Shown one piece after another: positions 29,661-38,112 of a DNA stretch of 39,568 bases; positions within the stretch are counted from its first letter, which is position 1; each line of letters starts with the position of its first letter. Both the position numbers and the translations under genes were made by a program. Source of the stretch: Candidatus Gastranaerophilales bacterium (GTDB lineage Bacteria; Cyanobacteriota; Vampirovibrionia; Gastranaerophilales; Gastranaerophilaceae); assembly GCA_031549065.1 (NCBI GenBank), contig JAVBQM010000073.1, positions 1-39,568 on the forward strand, written 5' to 3'. Below the pieces are notes generated by a model. That model had not been told where the DNA came from and did not search any database. It saw nothing but the letters and a program-made list of their open reading frames with translations.

Positions 29661-30340
29661 TAATCTAATATGCCCAAATCTAGAACTTTTTTCACTTCTT
29701 TTTTGATAACTCTGTGAATTTCGACTGCTTCCATATCACCGTCAATCGCAATAAAACCGTGCTCTTTGTTGAATTTTTCATACTCCTTTAAACACTTTGT
29801 TTGATAAATTCCAAAACTATCGTAAATATCTCCTGATAGTCCTATATCGCGTCCGCTTTCAAAATAATCCAATCCGTCATTACCTATTAAGCGCTTAAGA
29901 AGCTTGTCTACGGGCATTTTCAAATAAAATACTAAATCAGGTTCAGGGGCGTAATCATAGAGGTTTTTCACCCAGTTAAGGTTGTGGCCGCGCACGCTGT
30001 CACGAACAAAAGCGGTATAGGTGTATCTGTCCATTAATACTACAAAACCTGCCTTAAGCGCGGGTATAATAACATTTTCCAGCCTGTCGGCATAATCTGC
30101 CGCGTAAAGAAGACTGAAAGTGATAGCGTTCAATAGGTTGTGTTCTTTTGCGTGTGTGATAACTTCTGAAACAAAACGCGAAGTTTTCCACTCTGAAATC
30201 AAGCAAGCGTAGCCCTGGCTTTGGACATAACTTTCAAGTAATTTTACCTGTGTTGATTTTCCTGCGCCGTCTGTACCTTCAATTACAATCAAAAGTCCGT
30301 CATAACCGTGTTTTTTATATGTTTTTACTTTATCAGCCAC
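29660..30340 (-). CDS. Thymidylate kinase-like P-loop kinase, paralogue A
   Basis: 226 aa. P-loop IVIEGTDGAGKSTQ and DRY motif (MDRYTYTAF). It diverges from canonical Tmk in the NMP-binding and AYQ regions. GTG start shares 1 nt with the upstream stop, and its stop shares 1 nt with the argD ATG. Confidence 0.65.
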   Translation of the reverse strand: MADKVKTYKKHGYDGLLIVIEGTDGAGKSTQVKLLESYVQSQGYACLISEWKTSRFVSEVITHAKEHNLLNAITFSLLYAADYADRLENVIIPALKAGFVVLMDRYTYTAFVRDSVRGHNLNWVKNLYDYAPEPDLVFYLKMPVDKLLKRLIGNDGLDYFESGRDIGLSGDIYDSFGIYQTKCLKEYEKFNKEHGFIAIDGDMEAVEIHRVIKKEVKKVLDLGILD

Positions 30341-31014
30341 TAGAATTCCACGCCTTTCTTGTTTAAAAGCTCGCGCACAATTTCCCTTAAATAAGTTTGT
30401 TTAGTATGAATATTTTCAAGCGCGTCAATTCTCACCAAACCATACTCGTCTACCATGTCTTTGTATTCTTCAATCACGCGGTTTTGAAATAGCAAATAGC
30501 TTTTATAAGGGTTATTTGAAAGATGTAAATCCATACCTGCTTCATAAAACTTTGGCTGGCGGTTTTGACAAATTCTATCGAGCGAAACTTTCGCACTAAC
30601 GTCAAAATAAAGTGCTAAATCAGGCTTAATGGCAAAACCGTACATATTACGCACCCATTTTTTGTCAACATTTCTTGCTACATCGCGCGCAAAAGCAGTA
30701 TAAACATAGCGGTCTGCAAGAACAATAAAACCTGCTTTAAGTGCGGGAACAATCACTTTTTCGTGTCTGTCCGCAAAATCAACCGCATGTAAAAGGCTAA
30801 ACGTACGGCCGGAGAGCGCGTTTTTCTTTTTAGCGCGCTTTGTGGTTTCTGCAATCAGGTTTGAAGAATTCCAGCTTGTTGAAATTACATCTATTTTTTT
30901 GGACTTTAACCAATTGTAGAGTAAATTAACCTGCGTGCTTTTTCCGCTTCCGTCAATTCCTTCTACGCAAATAAGAGTTCCGGGGAGCCCGTGATTATTA
31001 TTAAATCTTAACAT
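30340..31014 (-). CDS. Thymidylate kinase-like P-loop kinase, paralogue B
   Basis: 224 aa. P-loop ICVEGIDGSGKSTQ and ADRYVYTAF. Clearly paralogous to the downstream gene, sharing IPALKAGF(V/I)VL.DRY.YTAF.RD. Confidence 0.65.
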   Translation of the reverse strand: MLRFNNNHGLPGTLICVEGIDGSGKSTQVNLLYNWLKSKKIDVISTSWNSSNLIAETTKRAKKKNALSGRTFSLLHAVDFADRHEKVIVPALKAGFIVLADRYVYTAFARDVARNVDKKWVRNMYGFAIKPDLALYFDVSAKVSLDRICQNRQPKFYEAGMDLHLSNNPYKSYLLFQNRVIEEYKDMVDEYGLVRIDALENIHTKQTYLREIVRELLNKKGVEF

Positions 31015-31103
31015 TCTATGCCTTGTTTTATGATTATTTTAAGTCTAATATAACATGTTAGTTATACTTTAGTCCACCAATTCACAGTGATTATGGCGCA
31101 CAA

Positions 31104-31991
31104 ATGTTCGAAATAATAAAAAATTCTTTAGTGATTGTAAAAAATAACCCGTTTTTAACTTTGGGCTTTATACTTTATTTAATCGTGCTTTCTCTTGTGG
31201 CGCCCAGAATTTGGGCTTCGCAGTCCAGTTTCATAATACTTTTATTTTTGTTTGCAATTTTGTTGGTGAGCGCAGGGTTTTTATCCGGCTGGTTTGGCAT
31301 GATAAAAACTGCGATTGAAAATTCTTACAAAACTTACGCAAATGAAGAAGAGCGCATAGCGGAAGCCCAGGCTTCGAAAAATAAATTTTTTGAGAGTGTT
31401 AGCAGCTTTATTGTTCCTGTGGGAACAATGCTTGTGCTTTGCGATGTACTTCTTGAACTTTTGCTGAGATTTGGTAAACAAATTGCAACAAAATTCATCG
31501 GTAGTGTTGGCTTTTTAAAAGAGGCGTTTAATATCACGCAACCTGAACAAATGGCGGAATATCTTAAAAATTTGGGGCCGGAAAAAGAAATGATTTTGGG
31601 CGGCTGGGGACTCTTTTTTGTTACAGCTTTTGCTTTTTTTATCTTTTTGACTATTTTTTGGGCTCCCGCAATTTATTGGGGCAAAAATGGTTCAAAAAAT
31701 CCTTTTTTAGCATTCTGGTATTCGATTACTGCTGTTTTTAGAAAACCATTGGGAGTTATAGGGCTTAATTTGCTTATAGCTGCGCTTTTGGTGTTTTTGG
31801 CGCAAATTGGTGTGCTTTTTTCGCTTAACCCGATAACATCTTTTATTTATATGATTTTAACCATTTACACCTTTGTTTTTGTTGTTGTGCTAGTATTTAA
31901 CTACTATGAGCAAAGACTCAAACCCCGAGAAACAAAAATTGATAGTAGTGACAGGTCCGACAGCGTCGGGAAAGAGCAGCCTGGCGCTTAA
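31104..31991 (+). CDS. Hypothetical polytopic membrane protein
   Basis: 295 aa with about 6 hydrophobic segments. The C-terminal 86 nt overlap miaA in a different frame. Confidence 0.5.
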   Translation: MFEIIKNSLVIVKNNPFLTLGFILYLIVLSLVAPRIWASQSSFIILLFLFAILLVSAGFLSGWFGMIKTAIENSYKTYANEEERIAEAQASKNKFFESVSSFIVPVGTMLVLCDVLLELLLRFGKQIATKFIGSVGFLKEAFNITQPEQMAEYLKNLGPEKEMILGGWGLFFVTAFAFFIFLTIFWAPAIYWGKNGSKNPFLAFWYSITAVFRKPLGVIGLNLLIAALLVFLAQIGVLFSLNPITSFIYMILTIYTFVFVVVLVFNYYEQRLKPRETKIDSSDRSDSVGKEQPGA

Positions 31992-32802
31992 AATTGCGCG
32001 TGAGTGCAATGGGGAAATCATTTGTGCAGATTCAAGAAGCGTCTATAAAGATTTTGATATAGTTTCTGCCAAGTCCACAGTTGATGAGCAAAAAGAGGTT
32101 CCTCATCACTTGCTTGATGTTGTAATTCCGGGGGAAGACTTTAGTGTCGAAAACTTTAAAACTCTTGCTATTAAAGCAATTGAAGATATTTTTTCACGCG
32201 GGCACCAACCCATTATTTGTGGAGGAACGTGGTTTTATATAACATCGCTTTTGGGGCTTGTTTCAATTGCCAAAGTGCCTCCAAACGAGGCCTTGAGGGC
32301 TGAATTAGAAAAAAAATCGAGTCTTGTTTTGTTTGATATGTTACTTGAATTAAACGAACGACGTGCAAGGGAAATTGAACCAAATAACCGCGAAAGAGTT
32401 ATTCGCGCTATTGAAATAGCGCTTGGAGAAGCTAAAGATACGCATGATGAAAGACTTTGCGATAAATATGAAATCGAATTTATAATTAAGGACATGGAGC
32501 GCAAAGAACTTTACACGCGAATTGATGCGCGGGTTGATGAAATGGTTAAAATGGGGCTTGAGGCAGAGTATGAACGCAACAGGGCAAAATATGGGCCTTT
32601 GCCCATTTTTAGTTCGACAATAGGTTACGGAGAATTCGAGGAAAACCCTTCAAGGCTCGTAGCAATTGAAAAAATTAAGCAACATACGAGAAATTTTGCC
32701 AAAAGACAATTGACATGGCTAAATGGCTTTGAACGCTCAAAGCCCACTGGCTTGACACTTTGTCATGTCCGAACTAATATGAATAATAGCACTTTGGAGT
32801 AG
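31906..32802 (+). CDS. miaA: tRNA dimethylallyltransferase
   Basis: 298 aa. The P-loop LIVVTGPTASGKSSLALKIA near the N-terminus, HHLLDV and GGTWFY motifs are typical of MiaA. Confidence 0.88.
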   Translation: MSKDSNPEKQKLIVVTGPTASGKSSLALKIARECNGEIICADSRSVYKDFDIVSAKSTVDEQKEVPHHLLDVVIPGEDFSVENFKTLAIKAIEDIFSRGHQPIICGGTWFYITSLLGLVSIAKVPPNEALRAELEKKSSLVLFDMLLELNERRAREIEPNNRERVIRAIEIALGEAKDTHDERLCDKYEIEFIIKDMERKELYTRIDARVDEMVKMGLEAEYERNRAKYGPLPIFSSTIGYGEFEENPSRLVAIEKIKQHTRNFAKRQLTWLNGFERSKPTGLTLCHVRTNMNNSTLE

Positions 32803-32808
32803 TATTGC

Positions 32809-32880
32809 GCCGGTGTGGCTCAATGGTAGAGCAACGGTTTTGTAAACCGTAGGTTGGGGGTTCGATTCCCTCCACCGGCA
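32809..32880 (+). tRNA. tRNA-Thr (anticodon UGU)
   Basis: Folded by hand into a 72-nt cloverleaf. Acceptor GCCGGTG/CACCGGC, anticodon stem ACGGT/ACCGT with loop TTTGTAA, T-loop TTCGATT. No encoded CCA. Confidence 0.88.
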
Positions 32881-32903
32881 AATTTTTGAAAATTGAATAA
32901 CAG

Positions 32904-32975
32904 GCCCTTGTGGCGCAGGGGTAGCGCACTTCCTTGGTAAGGAAGGGGCCGCGAGTTCGAATCTCGCCAAGGGCA
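32904..32975 (+). tRNA. tRNA-Thr (anticodon GGU)
   Basis: Folded by hand into a 72-nt cloverleaf. Acceptor GCCCTTG/CAAGGGC, anticodon stem CTTCC/GGAAG with loop TTGGTAA, T-loop TTCGAAT. No encoded CCA. Confidence 0.88.
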
Positions 32976-33024
32976 AATTCCTAAAGGCAAATTCCCGCAA
33001 GCCACAAAAAGAGTTAAGTAATAT

Positions 33025-33107
33025 GGGTAGGTGCCCGAGTGGCTAAAGGGAGCAGACTGTAAATCTGCCGTCTAACGACTACGATGGTTCGAATCCGTCC
33101 CTGCCCA
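33025..33107 (+). tRNA. tRNA-Tyr (anticodon GUA), long variable arm
   Basis: 83 nt. CCCGAGTGGCTAAAGGGAGCAGACTGTAAATCTGCCG closely resembles E. coli tRNA-Tyr as I recall it. Acceptor GGGTAGG/CCTGCCC. No encoded CCA. Confidence 0.88.
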
Positions 33108-33157
33108 AACTTATATGAAAATAATAATAAACTCAATACAAAAAAGGAGAAATCAAA

Positions 33158-34366
33158 ATGGCAAGAGCTAAATTTGAAAGAAACAAACCTCACGTTAACG
33201 TGGGTACCGTAGGTCACGTTGACCACGGTAAAACAACCTTGACAGCTGCTATTACAGGTGTTATGGCTGCTGCAGGCGGAGCGGAAGCAAAAAAATTCGA
33301 TGAAATCGACGCTGCTCCTGAAGAAAAAGCACGTGGTATCACCATCTCAACTGCACACGTTGAGTATGAAACTACTAACCGCCATTACGCGCACGTTGAC
33401 TGCCCGGGCCACGCGGACTATGTTAAAAACATGATCACAGGTGCGGCGCAAATGGACGGTGCGATTATCGTTGTTGCGGCGACAGACGGTGCGATGCCGC
33501 AAACTCGTAAGCACATCCTTCTTGCTCGTCAAGTTGGTGTTCCTAACCTTGTTGTATTTATGAACAAATGCGATATGGTTGATGATGAAGAATTGCTTGA
33601 CTTGGTTGAAATGGAAGTTCGCGAATTGCTTTCAGCTTATGAATTCGATGGCGACAACATTCCAATCATTCGTGGTTCAGCGCTTAAAGCTTTAGAAGCT
33701 GTTCAAAAAGATTCAAAAGTTGCACGCGGCACAGACAAATGGGTAGACAAAATTTGGGAATTGATGGACGCTATCGACAGCTACATCCCAACTCCTGAAA
33801 GACAAACTGATCTTCCATTCTTAATGCCTGTTGAGGACGTGTTCTCAATCACAGGCCGTGGTACTGTTGCTACAGGTAGAATTGAACGTGGTAAAGTTAA
33901 AGTCGGCGAAGAAGTTGAAATCGTTGGTTTTGGCGCTACTAAGAAAACAACCGTTACAGGTGTTGAAATGTTCAGAAAATTCCTCGATGAAGGTATGGCT
34001 GGTGACAACATCGGCGCGCTTCTTCGCGGCGTTGACAAAACTGAAATCCAACGCGGTCAAGTTTTGGCAAAAACAGGCTCAATCAAACCACACACAAAAT
34101 TCACAGCTAACGTTTACGTTTTGAAAAAAGAAGAAGGCGGACGTCACACTCCATTCTTCCCTGGCTACAGACCTCAGTTCTACATCAGAACAACTGACGT
34201 AACAGGTTCAATCAAATTCAAAGGCGAAATGGTTATGCCTGGTGACAACGTGGAAATGGAAGTTGAACTTATTGCTCCAGTTGCGATTGAACAAGGTATG
34301 AGATTCGCGATTCGCGAAGGCGGCAGAACAGTTGGTGCCGGTCTTGTTGACAAAATTATTGAATAA
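33158..34366 (+). CDS. tuf: Translation elongation factor Tu
   Basis: 402 aa. [18 protein letters not shown] and NKCD GTPase motifs. AAGGAG SD. Confidence 0.97.
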   Translation: MARAKFERNKPHVNVGTVGHVDHGKTTLTAAITGVMAAAGGAEAKKFDEIDAAPEEKARGITISTAHVEYETTNRHYAHVDCPGHADYVKNMITGAAQMDGAIIVVAATDGAMPQTRKHILLARQVGVPNLVVFMNKCDMVDDEELLDLVEMEVRELLSAYEFDGDNIPIIRGSALKALEAVQKDSKVARGTDKWVDKIWELMDAIDSYIPTPERQTDLPFLMPVEDVFSITGRGTVATGRIERGKVKVGEEVEIVGFGATKKTTVTGVEMFRKFLDEGMAGDNIGALLRGVDKTEIQRGQVLAKTGSIKPHTKFTANVYVLKKEEGGRHTPFFPGYRPQFYIRTTDVTGSIKFKGEMVMPGDNVEMEVELIAPVAIEQGMRFAIREGGRTVGAGLVDKIIE

Positions 34367-34390
34367 TTTCAATTAATAAAACATTAAAAA

Positions 34391-34416
34391 GCCTTTGGGA
34401 AACCAAGGGCTTTTTT
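34391..34416 (+). terminator. Rho-independent terminator of tuf
   Basis: GCCTTTGG, loop GAAA, CCAAGGGC, followed by TTTTTT. Confidence 0.8.
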
Positions 34417-34452
34417 GTTGTGCCAAAAGTTTACTCGTGCTAGAATCTAAAA

Positions 34453-35910
34453 ATGTACAAGGGTTCAAGACAAGAATTTTGCATAAAAACCTGTCCAAGC
34501 GAGGATGTTCAAAAGCTTGAAAATACCCTCAATGGTATGTCAAAACAAGGGTGGGAGCTTTATTCGCTTCATGAAAGTGAAGGAACAAGCGGCATGCAAT
34601 ATAATTGCATTTTCGTTAAAGACGTTCTCACGGCGGATGATTTTGAAGATTTTGAAGACATTTCAGGCTTCAAAAGCAGAATGGAAAAAATGCTTTATTC
34701 AAAAGAAGAGCCTTACGAACTTTGTTTGGGATTGCAAAAGAAAATACGCGAAAAGCGCTGTAAAATTGAAGATATTAAACACTTTCTTGAAACTGCAAAA
34801 GATGACGAGCGTTCTGTTTTAAATGAAGAAATTTCAAAAGAACTAGATTTATTAAATTCTCTTAAAAAACAGTTAAAAAGTCTTCTAAATCCTTCTAAAA
34901 TGGTATCAAACCTTGGTGAAGAAAGACTTTCGATTCATCTGAGTGAGGAAATTTATTGTCTTAATAATCCCGATGTTGAAAAAAACTTGCTCTCGCAAAC
35001 TGTGAAAACCCGTCAGGAATTGACAAACGAGCTTGGCTATATTATCCCTAAGGTAATTTTTGTTGAAAACTCTTCATTAAGACAGTATGAATTTACAATT
35101 AATGTTCACTCAATTCCTGTGACACATTCGTTTGCCTACCCCGAACATTTAATGTATTTTGAGGACGAACTGAATATTAAAAAACTTCCAAAGGGTTCTG
35201 TTCGTGTGCAAGATTTTATCACAAATAGAAGCGTAGTGTGGGTTCCGCGCGAACTTACGCAAGATTTCTGGGTTCAAGGGATAGAGCCGAACGAATACAT
35301 TGCAATGTATCTTAAGTATTTTTCAGTTCGCCATGTTTCAGAAATTTTCAACTACTCGGATGTTAACCGCTATCTTGAAATTGTGAGCGAAAATAACGCT
35401 TTTCTTGTGGACAGCATTTTGGGTGAATATATAAGCATATCTGAATTGAAGTACATTTTCAGCCAGCTTATTCGTGAGCGCGTGAGCATAAAAGACATTA
35501 TCTATATTTTTGAAAAAATTAATGATTTTTCCGATGATTCAACCAAAGTCGATTTGCTCGATAAGCTAAGAATGGCACTATCAAGGCAAATTAGCCACTC
35601 TCTTGCAAATGAAGATAAAGAAATTTTGGGTTATGAAATCGATCAAGACACAATTTCAAAAATCGAAAAACAAATTCAAAGTTTTGAAGATGAAGAGTGC
35701 GCGGTTGTAAAAGTTGATGGCTCAAAATTCGACAAATTAATTAAATCCATTGAAAAACTTTCTGACGCCGAAGGTGTCGTTCTTGTTGCGCCGCAACACT
35801 TAAGACAAGTGCTTTTTGCCCTTGTCTCACAGCTTTTTATAGATATACCGATAATTTGCCCCGAAGAGATTTCCTTAGAATATAACCTTAAAATTGTCGG
35901 CAAGATTTAA
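34453..35910 (+). CDS. Soluble FlhA/SctV (FHIPEP) cytoplasmic-domain-like protein with an N-terminal DUF4177-like domain and a coiled coil
   Basis: 485 aa with no hydrophobic segments. Residues 1-55 resemble DUF4177 (LNGMSKQGWELYSLHE). Residues of about 75-150 are a charged coiled coil. From about residue 155 the sequence aligns by eye with FlhA_C. ELGYIIPKVIFVENSSLRQYEFTINVHSIPV resembles EMGFLPPVVHIRDNMDLQPARYRILMKGVEIG, and RVSIKDIIYIFEKI resembles KVPIRDMRTILETL. Confidence 0.7.
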   Translation: MYKGSRQEFCIKTCPSEDVQKLENTLNGMSKQGWELYSLHESEGTSGMQYNCIFVKDVLTADDFEDFEDISGFKSRMEKMLYSKEEPYELCLGLQKKIREKRCKIEDIKHFLETAKDDERSVLNEEISKELDLLNSLKKQLKSLLNPSKMVSNLGEERLSIHLSEEIYCLNNPDVEKNLLSQTVKTRQELTNELGYIIPKVIFVENSSLRQYEFTINVHSIPVTHSFAYPEHLMYFEDELNIKKLPKGSVRVQDFITNRSVVWVPRELTQDFWVQGIEPNEYIAMYLKYFSVRHVSEIFNYSDVNRYLEIVSENNAFLVDSILGEYISISELKYIFSQLIRERVSIKDIIYIFEKINDFSDDSTKVDLLDKLRMALSRQISHSLANEDKEILGYEIDQDTISKIEKQIQSFEDEECAVVKVDGSKFDKLIKSIEKLSDAEGVVLVAPQHLRQVLFALVSQLFIDIPIICPEEISLEYNLKIVGKI

Positions 35911-36026
35911 TTTTCGCTGAATTTTATATTTTTACAAATTTTAATATTCCCTATGGCAAATTTTTTTCTTTAGCTTACTTGTTAGAAAAGCTCCACAAAG
36001 TAGATTTAACAGGAAATGAGAGAAAG

Positions 36027-36290
36027 ATGATTACGAAAATACAAAACAGCGCAATTGGTTTTAGTGCCAATATTCAGCTTGCGCAGAGTGTAAAAAGGGA
36101 AGTCGGCAATAGGCTTGATGACACAAGATTTAAAAATCAAGTTACAGGTTGCACAAAATTTGACACATTTAAGGTCGGAAAAAATCTCAAAGGTGATACG
36201 CTTGTGGTCGAAGGAGTTAAGGGTAAAGCCAGAACCGTAAAGAATTGCTCAATTGGTGAATTAAAAGCTACAATTCAAAAAATGATGTAG
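36027..36290 (+). CDS. Hypothetical small protein
   Basis: The track ORF starts at a TTG at 35979. The ATG at 36027 (MITKIQNSAIGFSANIQ...) is preceded by a purine-rich GAGAGAAAG. No family recognised. Confidence 0.4.
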   Translation: MITKIQNSAIGFSANIQLAQSVKREVGNRLDDTRFKNQVTGCTKFDTFKVGKNLKGDTLVVEGVKGKARTVKNCSIGELKATIQKMM

Positions 36291-36446
36291 TTATTTAACC
36301 ACACTTATATTAACACCCATTCCCATATCGGTGTTCAAGTTTTTAACAGCTGCAATTGCATAAGAACGGCGTTTTTTAGCACCTTTTAAAATCATATTAA
36401 CGCTGTTTGAAATATTGTCGCTCGCTTTAGTTTCTTTCCTCAACAT
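36291..36446 (-). CDS. Possible small protein (51 aa)
   Basis: Not in the track. My translation: MLRKETKASDNISNSVNMILKGAKKRRSYAIAAVKNLNTDMGMGVNISVVK. A weak AGGA lies 8 nt upstream. Its stop codon abuts the stop of the convergent ORF. Confidence 0.2.
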   Translation of the reverse strand: MLRKETKASDNISNSVNMILKGAKKRRSYAIAAVKNLNTDMGMGVNISVVK

Positions 36447-36554
36447 CTTTACCGTCCTTGTTATCTTGTATAAGGTTTATCGGTTCGTTTGAGGCTGACC
36501 TTTAGTGAAATCTGCTATTTGTTACAAATGTTAACACTAAATTTATACAGGAAA

Positions 36555-36875
36555 TTATGCGTTGAACTCTTTAAGTCTATTTTGCAAACTGCTTCCGCTG
36601 TTTTCCAAGAAACCCAGTTGGCTGTAAGCAGCGACAAGATTTTCTTTTCCGTTGCTTACTGCATTTTGTACCCTAACTGACGTTACTTTTTTGTGTGCGT
36701 CAAACCCCAAACTAACGGTAACACTTGGGTCAAGTTTTTCGCTCACAAAGCTATCAAGATTGCTTAGGGCTTTTGAGAAATTTTTGTCACCCGCAACAAA
36801 CTCTTGCCACTCTTTTGTTCCCGGTGTGCGAAGTGTCCCACAAAAATTTACAGGGCTTATTTTAGATATATTCAT
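36555..36875 (-). CDS. Hypothetical small protein
   Basis: 106-aa ORF with a strong SD (GAAAGGAGAGATAA before the ATG). It begins MNISKISPVNFCGTL. No family recognised. Confidence 0.5.
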   Translation of the reverse strand: MNISKISPVNFCGTLRTPGTKEWQEFVAGDKNFSKALSNLDSFVSEKLDPSVTVSLGFDAHKKVTSVRVQNAVSNGKENLVAAYSQLGFLENSGSSLQNRLKEFNA

Positions 36876-36996
36876 TTATCTCTCCTTTCTCAACACGATA
36901 TATTATAAATACCATGAAAAATTTGATTTGCCAGTTAAAAAATAATAAAACTTTTGAAGGAAAAAAGTTATGAAAAATTGATGTATAATATTTAAT

Positions 36997-38112
36997 ATGG
37001 GGATGAATTTAAAAAAGATTTTTGTAAGTTTTTTACTTATGGCGTTCTTGGCGCCAACGCAGTTGGTTTTGGCAGAAGAGTTTAAAGGCCACGTTGAACA
37101 AAACCAAAACGCGCCCGAGCTTGACCAGAAGCTTTTTACGGGTGATGTGGATACGCTTGATAAGAAGAATGTTGTAAAAATGACCGTTTCGCAGGTGTTG
37201 AGCTCTGGCTACACCATTGAGGGAGATGAGTTTTTTGCAGAAATTACTGATGATGTTAGAAGCGACAAAGGAATTTTAGTTCCGTCGGGAACGATTGTAC
37301 ACGGCACTGTCGGAAAAATTGCTGACCCTAAAAATATGGGCCGTGACGGTTATGTTATTTTGAATTTCGATTATATTCTGACTCCTGACGGCCGTGAAAT
37401 TCCTATTCAGGGCGAATTAACAACAAAAGACGGGAAAATCAAAGGCGCAGCCAAAACCGTTGCAGAACACACGGGCTACACGCTTTTAGGCGGTGTTGCG
37501 GGCGGCTTTGCGGCTCTTAACTTGCTTGGAATTGAAGCCGCTATAGCTTCGCACGGTTATACAATTGCAGGCGGAGCGGCAATTGGTGGTGTTATTGGCC
37601 TTACTGCTGCTGTTATGCGCAAAGGGGACGGCGTTTTAATCAAGCCCGGTGATGAACTTAAAATAACTATGCTGTCTCAAACCAACCTGCCAGTTTTCAG
37701 AAAAGACGCGTTTAAACAGGAAGAACTGCTTTTTGACGGTCTGGACGTAAGAATCAATAAAGTTCTTTATGAAAAAGACCCGTTTGGCGAGGATAATGTA
37801 ATAACACTTTCATTGGGTATAAATAATAATAGTGTGAAAACTTTTACATCGTTTGATATTGCTCTTGTAAGCGATACAAAAAACGTTTTCTACCCTTCTC
37901 CTTTTGGCGATACTTCTCTTTGGCTTAGAACAATTGCGCCCGGAGACAGGGTTGTGGGCAAACTTTCATTTAGTGTTAACGACCGTAAACGCAAACACTG
38001 GTTGGTTTTTTACGACAAAATGACTAAAAAACCTGTTGCAAAATTCTCGGTTGATAATGTCTATAATGATTTAAAAGATGCCACTGAACAAAAAAAGAAA
38101 AAAAGAGCATAA
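36997..38112 (+). CDS. Secreted or membrane protein with a Gly-zipper segment and a C-terminal DUF4352-like beta-sandwich
   Basis: Signal peptide KIFVSFLLMAFLAPTQLVLA. Gly-zipper GGVAGGFAALNLLGIEAAIASHGYTIAGGAAIGGVIGL. C-terminal pattern ITLSLGINNNSVKTFTSFDIALVSD...IAPGDRVVGKLSFSV. TATAAT lies 7 nt upstream of the ATG and no SD is visible. Confidence 0.6.
   Translation: MGMNLKKIFVSFLLMAFLAPTQLVLAEEFKGHVEQNQNAPELDQKLFTGDVDTLDKKNVVKMTVSQVLSSGYTIEGDEFFAEITDDVRSDKGILVPSGTIVHGTVGKIADPKNMGRDGYVILNFDYILTPDGREIPIQGELTTKDGKIKGAAKTVAEHTGYTLLGGVAGGFAALNLLGIEAAIASHGYTIAGGAAIGGVIGLTAAVMRKGDGVLIKPGDELKITMLSQTNLPVFRKDAFKQEELLFDGLDVRINKVLYEKDPFGEDNVITLSLGINNNSVKTFTSFDIALVSDTKNVFYPSPFGDTSLWLRTIAPGDRVVGKLSFSVNDRKRKHWLVFYDKMTKKPVAKFSVDNVYNDLKDATEQKKKKRA

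Noticed and set aside
32737-33226. Minus-strand ORFs 32737-33000, 32820-33005 and 33014-33226
   Set aside because: They are antisense to the three hand-folded tRNA genes and to the tuf 5' region. These are GC-rich tRNA sequences giving spurious open frames.
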